Notes: a model not told the origin generated them from the letters alone. 63,630 bases of DNA, filler included, from Chiloscyllium plagiosum (GCF_004010195.1; 6 parts of one record of this genome joined end to end with filler, not necessarily neighbours in it), one strand, 5' to 3'. Shown: positions 50,340-63,585, counted from the whole stretch's first letter. Program-made: numbers and translations.

Positions 50340-52776
50340 AGTAGTCTTTTGTGGATATACCCATTTCAAACTGATATGCTGTTTTGGAAAATATAGGGAG
50401 TGATGGATTCTCAGGGGAATGGAGCACGAAGAGCCAAGTTTCTGGTATTGAGATTGTCTCTAATACAACGAGGGGTACGTCGGCTTCCAAGAGATCAATT
50501 GTGTTAGAGGATTCAATATTCAGAGGTACAGACAGTCGTTTCTGTGGCCAGCAGACAAAAAGTAGAATGGTGTGTTGTTTCCCTGGTGCCAGGATCAAAG
50601 ATGTCTCAGAGAGGGTGCAGAATGTTCTCACGGGGGAGAGGGGCCAACAGGAGGTCATTGCCCACATTGGTACCAATGTTATAGGGAAAAAAATGTTGAC
50701 ATTCTGAAGGGAGATTACAGAGAGTTAGTCAGAAATTTTAAAAAGAAGGTCATCAAGGATAGTAATATCTGGATTACACCCAGTGCTACGAGCTAGTGAG
50801 GGCAGGAATAGGAGGATAGGGCAGATGAATAGTGTTGTCCCAGTCGAAATGGTAGCTTTTTCCACCCGTATGTACAACGGAAGAATGGATACTCCGAAAA
50901 TACAATGCGCAGATTCCTCAAGAACAAACCATGACAAGTAGACCAAACATAGCCAGAAACCCTAACCACCTTACCAAACATCAAAGAATATTCAGAAATG
51001 ACAGCCAGACTACTAAGACCCCTGGGAATCGTAGTAGCACATAAACCTACCAACACTCTCAAACGAAAACTAACAAACTTAAAAGACCCAGTACATCCCA
51101 TGGACAAAACCAACGTCATCTACAAAATTCCATGCAAGGACTGCCACAAACACAACATAGGACAAACAGGAAGAAAGTTAGCCACCAGGATACACGAACA
51201 CCAGTTTGCCACAAAAAGACACGCAGCCAGACGCACGGATGAAAAAAGCCACTATTTCGACTGGGACAACACATCTATCCTGCTATAGGCTTAGCAAAGG
51301 CATGCCAGTGAATTCCTACAGGCCTGACACTCCAACCACAACGCCATGAACACACACATAGATCGAGATGCCATCTATCAACCCCTCAGAAAACGAACAG
51401 GAAATGAAATCTCCACAAACCCTATGAACCCCATCCAGGAGAAAGATATAAATAGAAAGCAGAAGACAACAGCTTCGCTTCACTTTGAGGTCGCCACGGA
51501 TAATGTTACCTAGCCAGGTAACGAAACGTCTGGATATCAAGCCTCTTGCTCAGCGAGCAAACCTACACTCTAAATCTCAACCTGAGCTACAAACCTTCAC
51601 AAACCTTGCAAAACAAAACTCTGAATGAATAAATGTCGTCAGTAATCACATTGGAATAAGGCAATGTTAATGAGAATACGGAGATGCAGTCCACAAGATT
51701 AGATTGGATTGATGTTAACAAAGAGGATTTTTAGTCATTTTGGAAGATCGCAAAATAGAAAAGACCCTTGGGCCGGATGCGATTTATCCTCGGATTCTAT
51801 GGGAAGACAAGGAAGAGATTGCAGAACATTTGGCTTTGATCTTTATGTCAACATTGTCGATAGGTGTAGTGCTAGAATAGCGGAGTACAGGAAGTGTTGT
51901 TCCTTTGTTTAAGAACGGGAATCTGGACAACCCTGGTATATGTAGGCCAGTGAGTCTTAGTTCGGTTGTGGGTAAGGTTTTGGACGATTTTCGGGGAAAT
52001 AGGATTTATAATTATATGGAAATGAATTACTTGATTCGGGAAAGCCAATGCGATTTTTTAAAGTGTAGGTCGTGCCTCAATAACTTTATTGAGTTCTTCG
52101 ATATGTTGTCTAAACAGGTGGATGAAGGTAAAGCGGTTGCTGTGGTTATTTTGACTTCAGTGAGGCGGATGATTAGATACTACATGGGAGGCTATTGTGC
52201 AAAATATGGAGTTACGCAATTGAAGGCAATTTATTGGTTTGGATCAGAAATTGTCTACCTGAAAGAAGAAACAGGATATTGATTCATGGGAAATGTTAAG
52301 CCTGGAGCTCTGTTACGAGTGGTGTGCCAGAAGGATCTGTTTTGGGACCATTGCTATATGTAATCTTTATAAATAACCTGGATGTGGGCCGTGAGGATGG
52401 GTGAGTAAATTTGCAGAAAACATTAAGTAGATAGATTTGTGAATAGTGCTGAAGGATGTTATGGGCTGCAAAGGTACATAAATGAGATGCAGAACTGTGC
52501 TTGGGAAGTGGTAATGGAGTTTCATGCGGATAAGTGTGAGGTAGTTCATTTCGGAAGAAGTAACAGGAATGCAGAGTACTATGCTAATGGTAAAACACAT
52601 GGTACTGCAGATGAACAGAGGAATTTCGGTGTCCTGATGCATAAATCCCTGAAAGTTGCCACCCAGGTTGATAGGGTTGTTAAGAAGGCATATGGTGTGT
52701 TGGCATGTATTGATAAGAGGGTTAAATTTCAGAGCCATGAGGTCATGCTTTGGCTGTACAAGACACTGGTAAGGCC
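50340..52776 (+). mobile_element. Decayed CR1 (ORF1 esterase 50340-50830; ORF2 RT ~51620-52776) interrupted by Penelope
   Basis: SIVLEDSIFRGTD...CCFPGARIKDVSER...HIGTN; RPVSLSSVVGKVL; KCEVVHFGRSN. Confidence 0.8.
50831..51610 (+). mobile_element. 5'-truncated Penelope-like element (GIY-YIG domain and pLTR)
   Basis: LPNIKEYSEMTARLLRPLGI..AHKPTNTL...NVIYKIPCKDCHKHNIGQTGRKLATRIHEH (50998..51288); decayed hammerhead motif at 51497-51530. Confidence 0.88.
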
Positions 52777-54096
52777 NNNNNNNNNNNNNNNNNNNNNNNN
52801 NNNNNNNNNNNNNNNNNNNNTTAATTAATTAANNNNNNNNNNNNNNNNNNNNNNNNNNNNNNNNNNNNNNNNNNNNGGGGGAGGGATGTCGAGACGGAGA
52901 GGAAGAGAGAGTGGGCCAGGCGTATAGAGAGAATGTGGGAGTGGGATAGAGAAGAGAGAGAGAGAAAGAGAAAGTCGGAGGGGTTTGGAGAGGGAAATTG
53001 GTAGGTATTAAAGAGCGAAGGATTGAGACGGGGGTTTCGAGGGAGTTAGATGGAGAGGGATAGAGAGACAGGGAAGACTGTAGCGAGAGACAGTGGGTTT
53101 GGTGACAGAGAAAGAGACAGCGAGACAGAGAGAGAAGGGATTCGAGACCCACATACGGCCCTGGAGCTCCTCGCCCACACACTGCTACGGGGCCTGTGTA
53201 CCACACACTGCCCCAAGCACCTTGGTCTGATCAATGCTCCTAGGATCGGGGCCCGAACTGCCCTGAAGGTGGTGGCCTACAAGAAGCTCCAGTTTTCGGG
53301 GCCCACACGCTGCTCCACGACGCGTGGTCTATCCGACACTCGAGGTTCATGCTCTATGTTGTGCTCCGGGCTCAATGTTCCACGTATTTGTTGCCAATGC
53401 CTGCTGCTGCTTCCGGATTCCTCAACAGTATTAGGGGAGATAAGAAGGAAAAATGGGAAGGATAGAAGTAAAAATAAAGGAAACAAGCAAGGAAGAGAAT
53501 GGACGTGGGATTGGAGTTCCCACAGGAGCGTTCTAAACTGCCAGCATCTTGACATCAAACTACTTCACTACAACTAATACGGACACACAGAGACACTGAC
53601 TAATACCCTGACACATGCAGACATGGAGGGTCTGTCAGCATTTCTCTTGCATTGTGGTGTGTTGATCAAACTTTCCTGCACCCAGCGTTAGTCTGTATTT
53701 GTGTTGTTCAGTTCACACCGTGTCATTATTTGACTAGCTCCGTGAGAAGTAATTCAATGTTTCAGCCTCTCCATGGACAGTGTATCAGTATTTGCTCACA
53801 CGGGGGAGTGTTGTCAGTATTTCAGCTTTTCTGTGTGGATTGTGACACGAGTAAAATTTGCATGCCTCAGATACCGAATCTGGAAGAATTGTAAAATGGT
53901 TGCAAAACAGTGTATAACGGCAAAAGGACATGGCTAAGTTCGTGCAGTGTTCAAGTACATGTCAGACGAGGATTAATGTAGAACAGTACAGGATGATGAG
54001 CTTTGATGGGATGAACACTGACAGAGAAAATAAAGTATGCTGCAACTGTTATAAAGTGGATATAGGAGCTGAGGGAACTGGGTGCATATGACCATA

Positions 54097-54214
54097 AGGG
54101 CTTATGCCCGAAACGTCGATTCTCCTGTTCCCTGGATGCTGCCTGACCTGCTGCGCTTTTCCAGCAACACATTTTCAGCTCTGATCTCCAGCATCTGCAG
54201 ACCTCACTTTCTCC
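54097..54214 (+). mobile_element. 118-bp Penelope pLTR-derived mini-element with 14-bp TSD
   Basis: Starts AGGGCTTATGCCCGAAACGTC (5' truncated inside the HHR motif). TSD TGCATATG(A/G)CCATA at 54083-54096 and 54215-54228. Confidence 0.8.
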
Positions 54215-54479
54215 TGCATATGGCCATAGATTGTTGTAAATGTCAGAGCAAGTGGGGAAACTTTAAATATCACCAATTAGTTTCATTATCTGAGCTGTTT
54301 ACAGGTGGAGGTGTAGGAGGGAGCCTCCGTGCTCTCTTTCTGGGAGGTGAGGGAGAAATTATTCTCTGATGCCATCCTCCTTCCAAACAAGATCCTTGAG
54401 ACTCCATTCGTTCTGACTCGACACATAAGGGATTCCCCACTTGCTCTGACATTTACAACAATGCTGTCACAGTCTCTGT

Positions 54480-54740
54480 TAGATAAAATTCGCTACCGTA
54501 TTTATCAGGCCCTTCGGACCAATAACTCCATTCCGCCCCTCCAAGGAGTAACCAATCCAGACACATTCCTCTGCCGTAGGTTTACCCCTAATCAATGCAC
54601 GTAAATCTATGGGTAACTTAGCATCGCCAATTCACCTGAGCTGCACATTATCGGAGGGTGGGAGAAAACCCAAGTAGGCACGGGGAGAATGTACAAACTC
54701 CACAGAGACATTCACCTGAAGCAGGAATCGAACTCCTCAT
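54480..54740 (-). mobile_element. Diverged HE1-like SINE fragment
   Basis: CACGGGGAGAATGTACAAACTCCACAGAGACA and CCAATTCACCT match the SINE body. Confidence 0.6.
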
Positions 54741-54759
54741 TGTGGCAGAGCAGGGAAGG

Positions 54760-54955
54760 TTATTGACGTTGGTGCTGTATTGCTTGACATTTCTTCAGAT
54801 CGCAGAAGCTGCATTGAACAGGGTGGTGAGATTAGATCGTGCTCATTAGGGCTGGTAGTGTGGCCTCCCAGGGATTGAAATGTTCGTCCTTTGCACCAGC
54901 TCATCTACCAGGACTTCGATTCTCCTGTCGACAAATTGTGGTACAAATGCCAGTT
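54760..54955 (-). mobile_element. Possible PIF/Harbinger Myb/SANT-like ORF remnant
   Basis: The - strand translates VPQFVDRRIEVLVDELVQR, resembling the N-terminus of Myb/SANT-like (MSANTD-type) domains; short and decayed. Confidence 0.35.
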
Positions 54956-55974
54956 ATTTGATATGCTCAGTGTAAACCAGGATGAGCAGCTTCAGAGCGA
55001 GGACGAGGGGAGATCAGAATCTGTTAAAAATTGACTGTGAAGTTCCAAACACTGTTCAGAACTGGGATGTTACAAGAGTGGACAGGGGTTTATCTGGAGA
55101 TGTTTATGATAAGTGGTCATGAAAATATTGGATCAAACATCACGTTTGATTATTCAATATTCTTATTTTTCGAATCAAGCGGCCGTTGACGTCACTTATT
55201 ATTGGTATAAATAATTTAAAACCATAGAAATAATCTTTTAAGTAACCCTACAAACCTTACTGCTGTTATTTTGCCTGCGGAGATTCGGAGACCAGATATT
55301 CACGCGAAAAGGCACCACGAACTGTATCAGCAAAGTGGTCATTCACTCTCTCCTTCTTGGTTTTGGCAGTTTTACTAGACATTTCATGTCCATTTTATTT
55401 TAGAATTGGAAACATGGAGGTCACTGTCTTCTGTACGAGTTCCTTCCTCTCACTCTATCCTATTTGTGGCCAATTATTGAGTCTGGAAGAAAACAAGTCT
55501 CAATCCGAGTGATGTCTTTGGTCAGGAACTGATACCTGACCTAAACCCTGACCATTCCTAATTTAAGCTACGAACACTACCAAAATATACTTAACTGGCT
55601 ACTTCCATCTGCTATTTGAACTTTGAGTTATGAAATACTGTCTAAATGACGTCAATAATATGCGGCTGACGATAACAGCTTCAAAACTGTAGAAGACAAT
55701 CTGAATTGATACTCCATTTCTCGTATCCAAAGCATAAAAATGTCGCATCTCTCTATCATTAATATGCGCAGTGACCTGTATTGGTATTGGTTCTGGCAAT
55801 TCATTTATTTTAATATTCTCAAACACACCATTAAATCTGTCCATGAAATGTCCCTTAGTCTCTCTTTGTTGATTACCCAAACCTTTTTCAGTTGTTCATA
55901 TTTAAACGGATTTCTTCATGCATGTTCTCTCTCAAACAATAACTTCTACATACACCTGTACTGCCTGATCTCCA

Positions 55975-56075
55975 ACACACACAGACACACACACACACAC
56001 ACAGACACACACAGACACACACACATACACACACACGCACACACACACACACACAAGCACCACCACCACACACCA
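55975..56075 (+). repeat. (CA)n microsatellite
   Basis: Direct inspection. Confidence 0.95.
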
Positions 56076-56189
56076 CCTTGCTATGCAAGGTGAAATGGAA
56101 GTATGGGGATACAAATTTATGGGAACCCCACTTACTGTCTTGCACAGCATCGGGCCGCAATTTGTCCCGTGCTGTGCACTTATAGAACG

Positions 56190-57290
56190 CAGAACACAGA
56201 ACATTACAGTGCAATCCAGGCGCCTCGGCCTTCGATGTTTTTCTGCCCTGTGGAACCAATCTGAAGCGTTCACTATTCCACTTTCATCCACATGTTTGTC
56301 CAATGACGATTTAAATGTCCATAAAGTTGCTGAATCTACAACTGTTGCAGGTAGTGCATTCCATATTACTACTATTCTCTGAGTAAATGAAATTCTTCTG
56401 TCATCTCTCCTGTTCCTATGGCACTCAATTTAGAGACGTGTCCCCTCGTGTCAGCCGTCGCCATCCGATGAAAACGGCTTTCACTTTCCACCCTATCTAA
56501 ACCAATGATTATATTATATGTCTCAAATAAGGGGTGTGTCAGGACTTTGTGACACAGTGCACACTGGAGGGTTCATTCTGATCTGTTCACCCTTCTCAAC
56601 CTTCTTCTCTCCAATGAAAACAGCCTCAATTCCGCAGCCTTTCCACATATGATTTTCCCTCCATACTAGGCAACCTCCGAGTAAATCTCCTCTGATCCCT
56701 CTAAAATGATTCCACATCTTTCACATATTGCGGTGACCAGAACAATATGCAACACCCCAAGTGTGATCCCACCAGAGTTTTGTACAGCTGCAGTATTACC
56801 TCGTTGCTCTGGTAATCAATCTCTCTACCAGTAAAATCTAACACACCGTGCGTCTTCTACCAACACTATCAACCTGGGTGGTAACTTTCAGAAATCTTTG
56901 TACATGGATGCCGAAATCACACTGCTCATCTACACAAACAAGAATCTTATCAATATCCCAGTACTCTTTATTCCTGTTGTCCCTCCCGAAGTGAATCACT
57001 TCACACTTTGCCGCATTAAACTCCATTTGCCAACTCTCAGCCCGGCTCTGCGGCTTACATATGTCCCTCTTTAAACTACAACATGTTTCAACACTGTCCA
57101 AAACTCCACCAAGTTTTGCGTCATCCGCAAATTTACTAACCCATCGTGCTGTGCTTTAATCCAGGTTATTTATAAAAGTTACAAACAACGGTGGCCCCGA
57201 AACAAATACTTCAACGAACACCTTCTGTCTTGGCTCATCGAGCCGATGTCTGATCCAACACGATAAATCACTCTCAATCCCATGCCTCTG
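56190..57290 (-). mobile_element. Decayed CR1 RT/3' region
   Basis: AESWQMEFNAAKCEVIHFGRDN (56838..57101); GPPLFVTFINNLD. Confidence 0.8.
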
Positions 57291-58038
57291 TTCCACTCCC
57301 AGCCCATTCAGTGCAAGTATAGAAGCAATATCCTGGCAAAAGTAGCAATTACTCCATGCTGGGCCTAATGTCCAGATTCCTGAGCAAGACAACAGCATGG
57401 TTTGCACAGTTCTCAATGCTGGGATTGTTAAACTGTGTAACTTTAATTTATCTGGGCTGGTTCCACGAGGCACTTTCAGTACTTGATGTAGCAAACCATT
57501 TCAAGTGACATGGCAATTCCTTCAGTCAATGTTGTCATNNNNNNNNNNNNNNNNNNNNNNNNNNNNNNNNNNNNNNNNNNNNNNNNNNNNNNNNNNNNNN
57601 NNNNNNNNNNNNNNNNNNNNNNNNNNNNNNNNNNNNNNNNNNNNNNNNNNNNNNNNNNNNNNNNNNNNNNNNNNNNNNNNNNNNNNNNNNNNNNNNNNNN
57701 NNNNNNNNNNNNNNNNNNNNNNNNNNNNNNNNNNNNNNNNNNNNNNNNNNNNNNNNNNNNNNNNNNNNNNNNNNNNNNNNNNNNNNNNNNNNNNNNNNNN
57801 NNNNNNNNNNNNNNNNNNNNNNNNNNNNNNNNNNNNNNNNNNNNNNNNNNNNNNNNNNNNNNNNNNNNNNNNNNNNNNNNNNNNNNNNNNNNNNNNNNNN
57901 NNNNNNNNNNNNNNNNNNNNNNNNNNNNNNNNNNNNNNNNNNNNNNNNNNNNNNNNNNNNNNNNNNNNNNNNNNNNNNNNNNNNNNNNNNNNNNNNNNNN
58001 NNNNNNNNNNNNNNNNNNNNNNNNNNNNNNNNNNNNNN

Positions 58039-59942
58039 CTCTAAATACTAAATCTTACTGAGATTTACTAAATACTAAATTTACCTGAGAATCCCAAATA
58101 TTTACTTGACATAGGAAGGCGAGATGTACACCGCGGCTGTACCTAAGTGTATGCAGCTCCAGTGTCAATCACCACTGGTGTCTGCCGCCCTTCCATGTTA
58201 ACTTGTGTTATTATTTCTTGATCAGCCTTCCATGCTACTACAGTGTAATGCGCCTTACCACCCAGGTTTCCAGGGCATCCCTAGCACATCCCATACGGGT
58301 CAATAGATCCTCCTGGGCCTGTATCTCTGGGAAGTGGCTACGAGGGATTCTCGCCGACGAGGACCACTTTCGGGCAGAGAGTGACCGGTCCAATAAGGGC
58401 AATTCTTCCTGAAATGGCCCGATTCATGGCATCTCCAGTACATTACCTCTGGCTCTTCTTGAGCTTGATTATTTATCAGGAATCTTAGTTCCCCATTCCA
58501 ACGTCTCTCTCCTTAGGCACCCAGTTCTGTTTAGGCTGTCCTGCACTGGATATGTCACCTGCGGGAACGCTTCTCTAAAGAGTCTATTACTTGCATGGGA
58601 CTTTCTGGTCCCTGTCCCACGACCTGATAGGACCCCCTTTGGCCGGCACTTGGTTCATGACAGTGTTGATTACTGTGTAGGTTCTTACTGGCAACACCTT
58701 TTTAGCCTTCGCTTTATCTTTCTTTATAAGCCCTTCGAGCTGCATTTGCGCCAGCTTCCTTTGCACCTGCAGGTGCTTTTCAGGCAGTTTCTCTTTGTTT
58801 TGTTTTGAAACCTTTCAACTGCACGTACTACCTGGTCGCTCAATTCCTGGTGGCTCATTGATGATGTCAGAACCAGCACCTCCTCCAGTCTTGACTGGAC
58901 TTGGGTTGGCATTGCCACCAGGATGGAATTTCAGAACATTGTCGTCGGCAACTGATCAGTCTCAATGTTTGCTCTGTTTCCAGCCTCCACGTTTTAAAAT
59001 GCTTCTCCAAGGAGGCAGTCGGGTTCTTACGTTTTCCCAGTGGAACCCCTCTCAATTCCTGGGGTCCATATCAGGTAGATAATCGTCTCTTAAGCCATGC
59101 CATGCTTTCTGTCCCACTTGATCAAAACCGAACCCATTAGTCATTGGATTGTCTGCTGCATTTTTCAAACGTGCTCGGACCATTAGAACATAGAACATAG
59201 AACAAAACAGCACAGAACAGGCCCTTCGGCCCACAATGTTGTGCCGAACATTTGTCATAGCTTAAGCACCCATCCATGTACCTATCCAATTGCCACTTAA
59301 AGTTCGCCAATGATTCTGACTCTGCCACTCCCACAGGCAGCGCATTCCATGCCCCCACCACTCTCTGGGTAAAGAACCTACCCCTGACATCTCCCCTATA
59401 CCTTCCACCCTTCACCTTAAATTTATGTCCCCTTGTAATACTCTGTTATACCCGGGGAAAAAGTTGCTGATTGTCTACTCTACCTATTCCCCTGATCATC
59501 TTATACACCTCTATCAAATCACCCCTCATCCTTCTCTGTTCCAATAAGAAAAGGCCTAGCACGCTCAACCTATCCTCGTATGACCTATTCTCCATTCCAG
59601 GCAACATCCTGGTTAATCTTCTCTGCACCCTCTCCAAAGCTTCCACATCTTTCCTAAAGTGAGGCGACCAGAACTGCACACAGTACTCCAAACCTGGCCT
59701 AACCAAAGTCCTGTACAGCTGTAACATTACTTCACGACTCTTGAATTCAATCCCTCTGCTAATGAACACTAATACACCATAGGCCTTCTTACAAGCTCTA
59801 TCCACCTGAGTGGCAACTTTCAAAGACCCCAAGATCCCTCTGCTACTCCACCTTACTAAGAACCCTACCGTTAACCCTGTATTCCACATTCTTATTTGTC
59901 CTTCCAAAATGGACAACCTCACACTTGACAGGGTTGAACCCC
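58039..59942 (-). repeat. Inverted paralog of ~40050-42090 (CR1 3' end joined to ERV-A gag)
   Basis: Same junction GTTCTAATGGT(T/C)CGAGCACG. ORFs 59052..59258 and 58724..58918 are near-identical to 40866..41072 and 41206..41400. Confidence 0.9.
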
Positions 59943-60042
59943 NNNNNNNNNNNNNNNNNNNNNNNNNNNNNNNNNNNNNNNNNNNNTTAATTAATTAANN
60001 NNNNNNNNNNNNNNNNNNNNNNNNNNNNNNNNNNNNNNNNNN

Positions 60043-61232
60043 TACCAATAAAAGCCTGTACGCCATATGCCTTCCTCACCGCACTATTTACTTGGGTGGC
60101 AACTTTCAGAGATCTGTGTACATGGACACCAAGATCCCTCTGCTCATCCGCACTACCAAGTATCCGACCATTAGCCCAGTACCCCATCTTTTTGTTATTC
60201 TTCCCAAAGTGAATCACCTCACACTTAGCTACATTGTATTCCATTTGCCACCTTTCTGCCCAGCTCTGCAGCTTCTCTATATCCTGCTGTAACCTGCCAT
60301 ATGCTTCCTCACTGTCAACAACTCCTCCGACTTTCGTATCTTCCGCAAACTTGCTCACCCAACCTTCTAACCCCTCTTCCAGGTCATTTATAAAAATGAC
60401 AAACAGCAATGGTCCCAAAACAGATCCTTGCGGAACACCGCTAGTGACGGCACTCCATGAAGAAACTTTGCCATCAACTACTACCCTCTGTCTTCTTCCA
60501 TCCAGCCAATTCCTAATCCAAACCTCCAACTCATCCTCAATGCCATATCTCCGTATTTTCTGCAGTAGCCTACCATGGGGAACCTTATCAAACGCCTTAC
60601 TAAAATCCATATATACCACATCTACCGCTTTCCCCTCATCAACCTCCTTCGTCATCTTTTCAAAGAATTCAATAAGGTTTGTGAGGCACGAGTTGCCCTT
60701 CACAAAACCATGCTGACTATCCTTGATCACATTATTCCTATCCAGATGTTCATAAATCCTATCCCTTACAATTCTCTCTAAGACTTTGCCCACAACAGAA
60801 GTGAGACTCACCGGCCTATAGTTACTAGGGTTATCCCTACTCCCCTTTTTGAACAAGGGGACCACATTTGCTATCCTCCAGTCTTCTGGGACTACTCCTG
60901 TAGACAAAGAGGACATAAAAATCAAGGCCAATGGCTCTGCAATCTCCTCCCTTGCTTCCCAGAGAATCCTAGGATAAATGCCATCAGGCCCAGGGGACTT
61001 ATCTATTTTCACCTTTTCCAGGATTTCCAACACCTCTTCTCTACATACCTCAAAGCCATCCATTCTACTTATTTGTGCCTCAGTATTCTCATCGACAACA
61101 ATACCCTGTTCCTGAGTGAATACTGAAGAAAAGTATTCATTCAGTGTCTCCCCAATCTCTTCCGCCTCCACACGCAACTTCCCCCTACTATCCTTGACTG
61201 GACCTATTCCTACCCTAGTCATTCTTTTATTC
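60043..61232 (-). mobile_element. Young CR1 ORF2 segment with an uninterrupted RT reading frame
   Basis: ORF 59987..61291 has no stop before the gap: KSPGPDGI, NYRPVSLTS, YMDFSKAFDKV, SGVPQGSVLGP, FAEDTK. Confidence 0.92.
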
Positions 61233-61522
61233 TTCCGGAATATCTTCCGGAATGCTCTGTGGCCTTTAGCCAATGGGACCATGGGCAGCATTCAAAGCGT
61301 CCAATGGGTTGGCACCAACCCCCTTCACTGTTGCCATGTCAGGGGAGGTGTAAGGTGCACATCCCCCAGCACTGGGCTAGGAGTCACCATTTCAGGAAGT
61401 TCGGGCTGACACTTCTCCTCACACAGACCTCAGGCTGGCTGTATCTGCTTCCCCCCGAACCTTAGTAACCGCTTTGACCTCGGATTTCACTGTTCTCTGC
61501 AGCCGATAGCTGCTGGCTGCTG

Positions 61523-61646
61523 TTCCTAATGAAGGGCGAAACGTTGATTTTCCTGCTCCTCGGATGCTGCCAGACCTGCTGTGCTTTTCCAGCACCACTC
61601 TAATCTAGACTCTGATTTCCAGCATCTGCAGTCCTCACTTTTGCCT
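61523..61646 (+). mobile_element. Penelope pLTR-derived mini-element with a degenerate hammerhead motif
   Basis: CCTAATGAAGGGCGAAACGTTGATT (helix II partly deleted) followed by the family body. Confidence 0.65.
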
Positions 61647-62405
61647 TGCTGGTTAATTTAGTTTGGCCAATTTTCTGTCAGGCCCAATTTCTCTGCCTGT
61701 GGGCCAGTTTAGAATGTCCAACTTTGTGTACATAGTATCTTGATTGTATATGCCTTCATGTGTCTGGCGTATGGTAAATAATTTGGAGGAAACATATCTC
61801 GAACAGCATAAAGGAGATGTGGAAAAAGGAGACCGAGATGATTCAAGTGAGGACTGTCATATGAAGCCAGCAAGAAGAGATCCTGATGACAGCTGTTCCC
61901 TGTGTNNNNNNNNNNNNNNNNNNNNNNNNNNNNNNNNNNNNNNNNNNNNNNNNNNNNNNNNNNNNNNNNNNNNNNNNNNNNNNNNNNNNNNNNNNNNNNN
62001 NNNNNNNNNNNNNNNNNNNNNNNNNNNNNNNNNNNNNNNNNNNNNNNNNNNNNNNNNNNNNNNNNNNNNNNNNNNNNNNNNNNNNNNNNNNNNNNNNNNN
62101 NNNNNNNNNNNNNNNNNNNNNNNNNNNNNNNNNNNNNNNNNNNNNNNNNNNNNNNNNNNNNNNNNNNNNNNNNNNNNNNNNNNNNNNNNNNNNNNNNNNN
62201 NNNNNNNNNNNNNNNNNNNNNNNNNNNNNNNNNNNNNNNNNNNNNNNNNNNNNNNNNNNNNNNNNNNNNNNNNNNNNNNNNNNNNNNNNNNNNNNNNNNN
62301 NNNNNNNNNNNNNNNNNNNNNNNNNNNNNNNNNNNNNNNNNNNNNNNNNNNNNNNNNNNNNNNNNNNNNNNNNNNNNNNNNNNNNNNNNNNNNNNNNNNN
62401 NNNNN

Positions 62406-62570
62406 CACCCTCCATGGCTCCCTCTGTACACCCTTCCACCACTCCCTTTGTACACCCTCCATGGCTCCCTCTGTACACCCTTCCACCACTCCCTTTGTAC
62501 ACCCTCCATGGCTCCCTTTGTACACCCTCCACCACTCCCTTTGTACTCCCCTCCACACCACTCCCTTTAC
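62406..62570 (+). repeat. 47-bp minisatellite (two 23/24-bp subunits) next to a gap
   Basis: CACCCTCCATGGCTCCCTCTGTACACCCTTCCACCACTCCCTTTGTA repeated. Confidence 0.9.
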
Positions 62571-63140
62571 AAGCCTGTTCCAGACACCTGCCACAGTCTG
62601 AGAGGTGAAAATAAACACCCCTCTGGACCCTTTTGTATTTCTCTTTTCTCACCTTAAACCTATGCCCTTCAGTTCATGGAGAAAAGTTGTTGCCTGTCGA
62701 CCTTATCTATGCCTGTCATGATTTTACATCTCTATAAGGTCATCCCTCTGACTCCTATGCACCAGAGATAATAGCCCAGCCGATCTAACCTTTCCTTACC
62801 ACACAAACCTTCCAGTCCAGGTAACATCCTAGTAATTTTTGCAATACTCTTTCTAATTTAATAATATCCTTCCTATAGTAGGGTGACCAGAACTGTGCTC
62901 AGTCCTCCAAATGTGGCCTCACTAATGTCTTATACAGCTGCAACAAGACCTCCCAACTCCGATACTCAATGCTCTGACAAAGGGAAGCTAGTATGCTGAA
63001 AGCTTTCTTTACTGCCCTGGCTCCCTGTGACTCCAATTTCCAGAAACTATGTTCCTGTACCTCTGGGTCTCTTTGCTCTCGAAAACTCTCCAAGGCCCGA
63101 CATTGTACTGTCAATGTCCTGCCTTGGTTTAACCTACCAA
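62571..63140 (-). mobile_element. CR1 3' region fragment
   Basis: QSIEYRSWEVLLQLYKTLVRPHLE (62899..63258). Confidence 0.8.
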
Positions 63141-63284
63141 CGGCTATGGGGAATAACTCTGTCTCTGTGGTCGCCACAGCCACTTCTGCCCCCAGTGACG
63201 TTACTAACCTACACGCCCACAACGCCGCATGTGTCTCTGCCCCCACGCCAATCTCCATGCCTAACCCCGCCCCCCGCCGAGTTT

Positions 63285-63585
63285 TTAGATTAGATTACAT
63301 TACAGTGTGGAAACAGGCCCTTCGGCCCAACAAGTCCACACCGACCCGCCGAAGCGCAACCTACCCATACCCCTACATTTACCCCTTACCTAACACAATG
63401 GGCAATTTAGTATGGCTAATTCACCTGACCTGTACATCTTTGGACTGTGGGAGGAAACCAGAGCACCCGGAGGAAACCCACGCAGACACGGGGAGAACGT
63501 GCAAACTCCACACAGTCAGTCGCCTGAGGCAGGAATTGAACCCGGGTCTCTGCTGCTGTGAGGCAACAGTGCTAACCACTGTGAC
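63285..63585 (-). mobile_element. HE1-like SINE
   Basis: Near-identical to 2971-3240 and 46309-46627. Confidence 0.9.

Noticed and set aside
53050..53577. 175-aa ORF beside a GA-rich tract
   Set aside because: The N-terminus comes from low-complexity sequence, and I could not assign the rest to any protein family.
62406..62570. Regular repeats superficially like a CRISPR array
   Set aside because: Pure tandem units without unique spacers, in a eukaryotic context.
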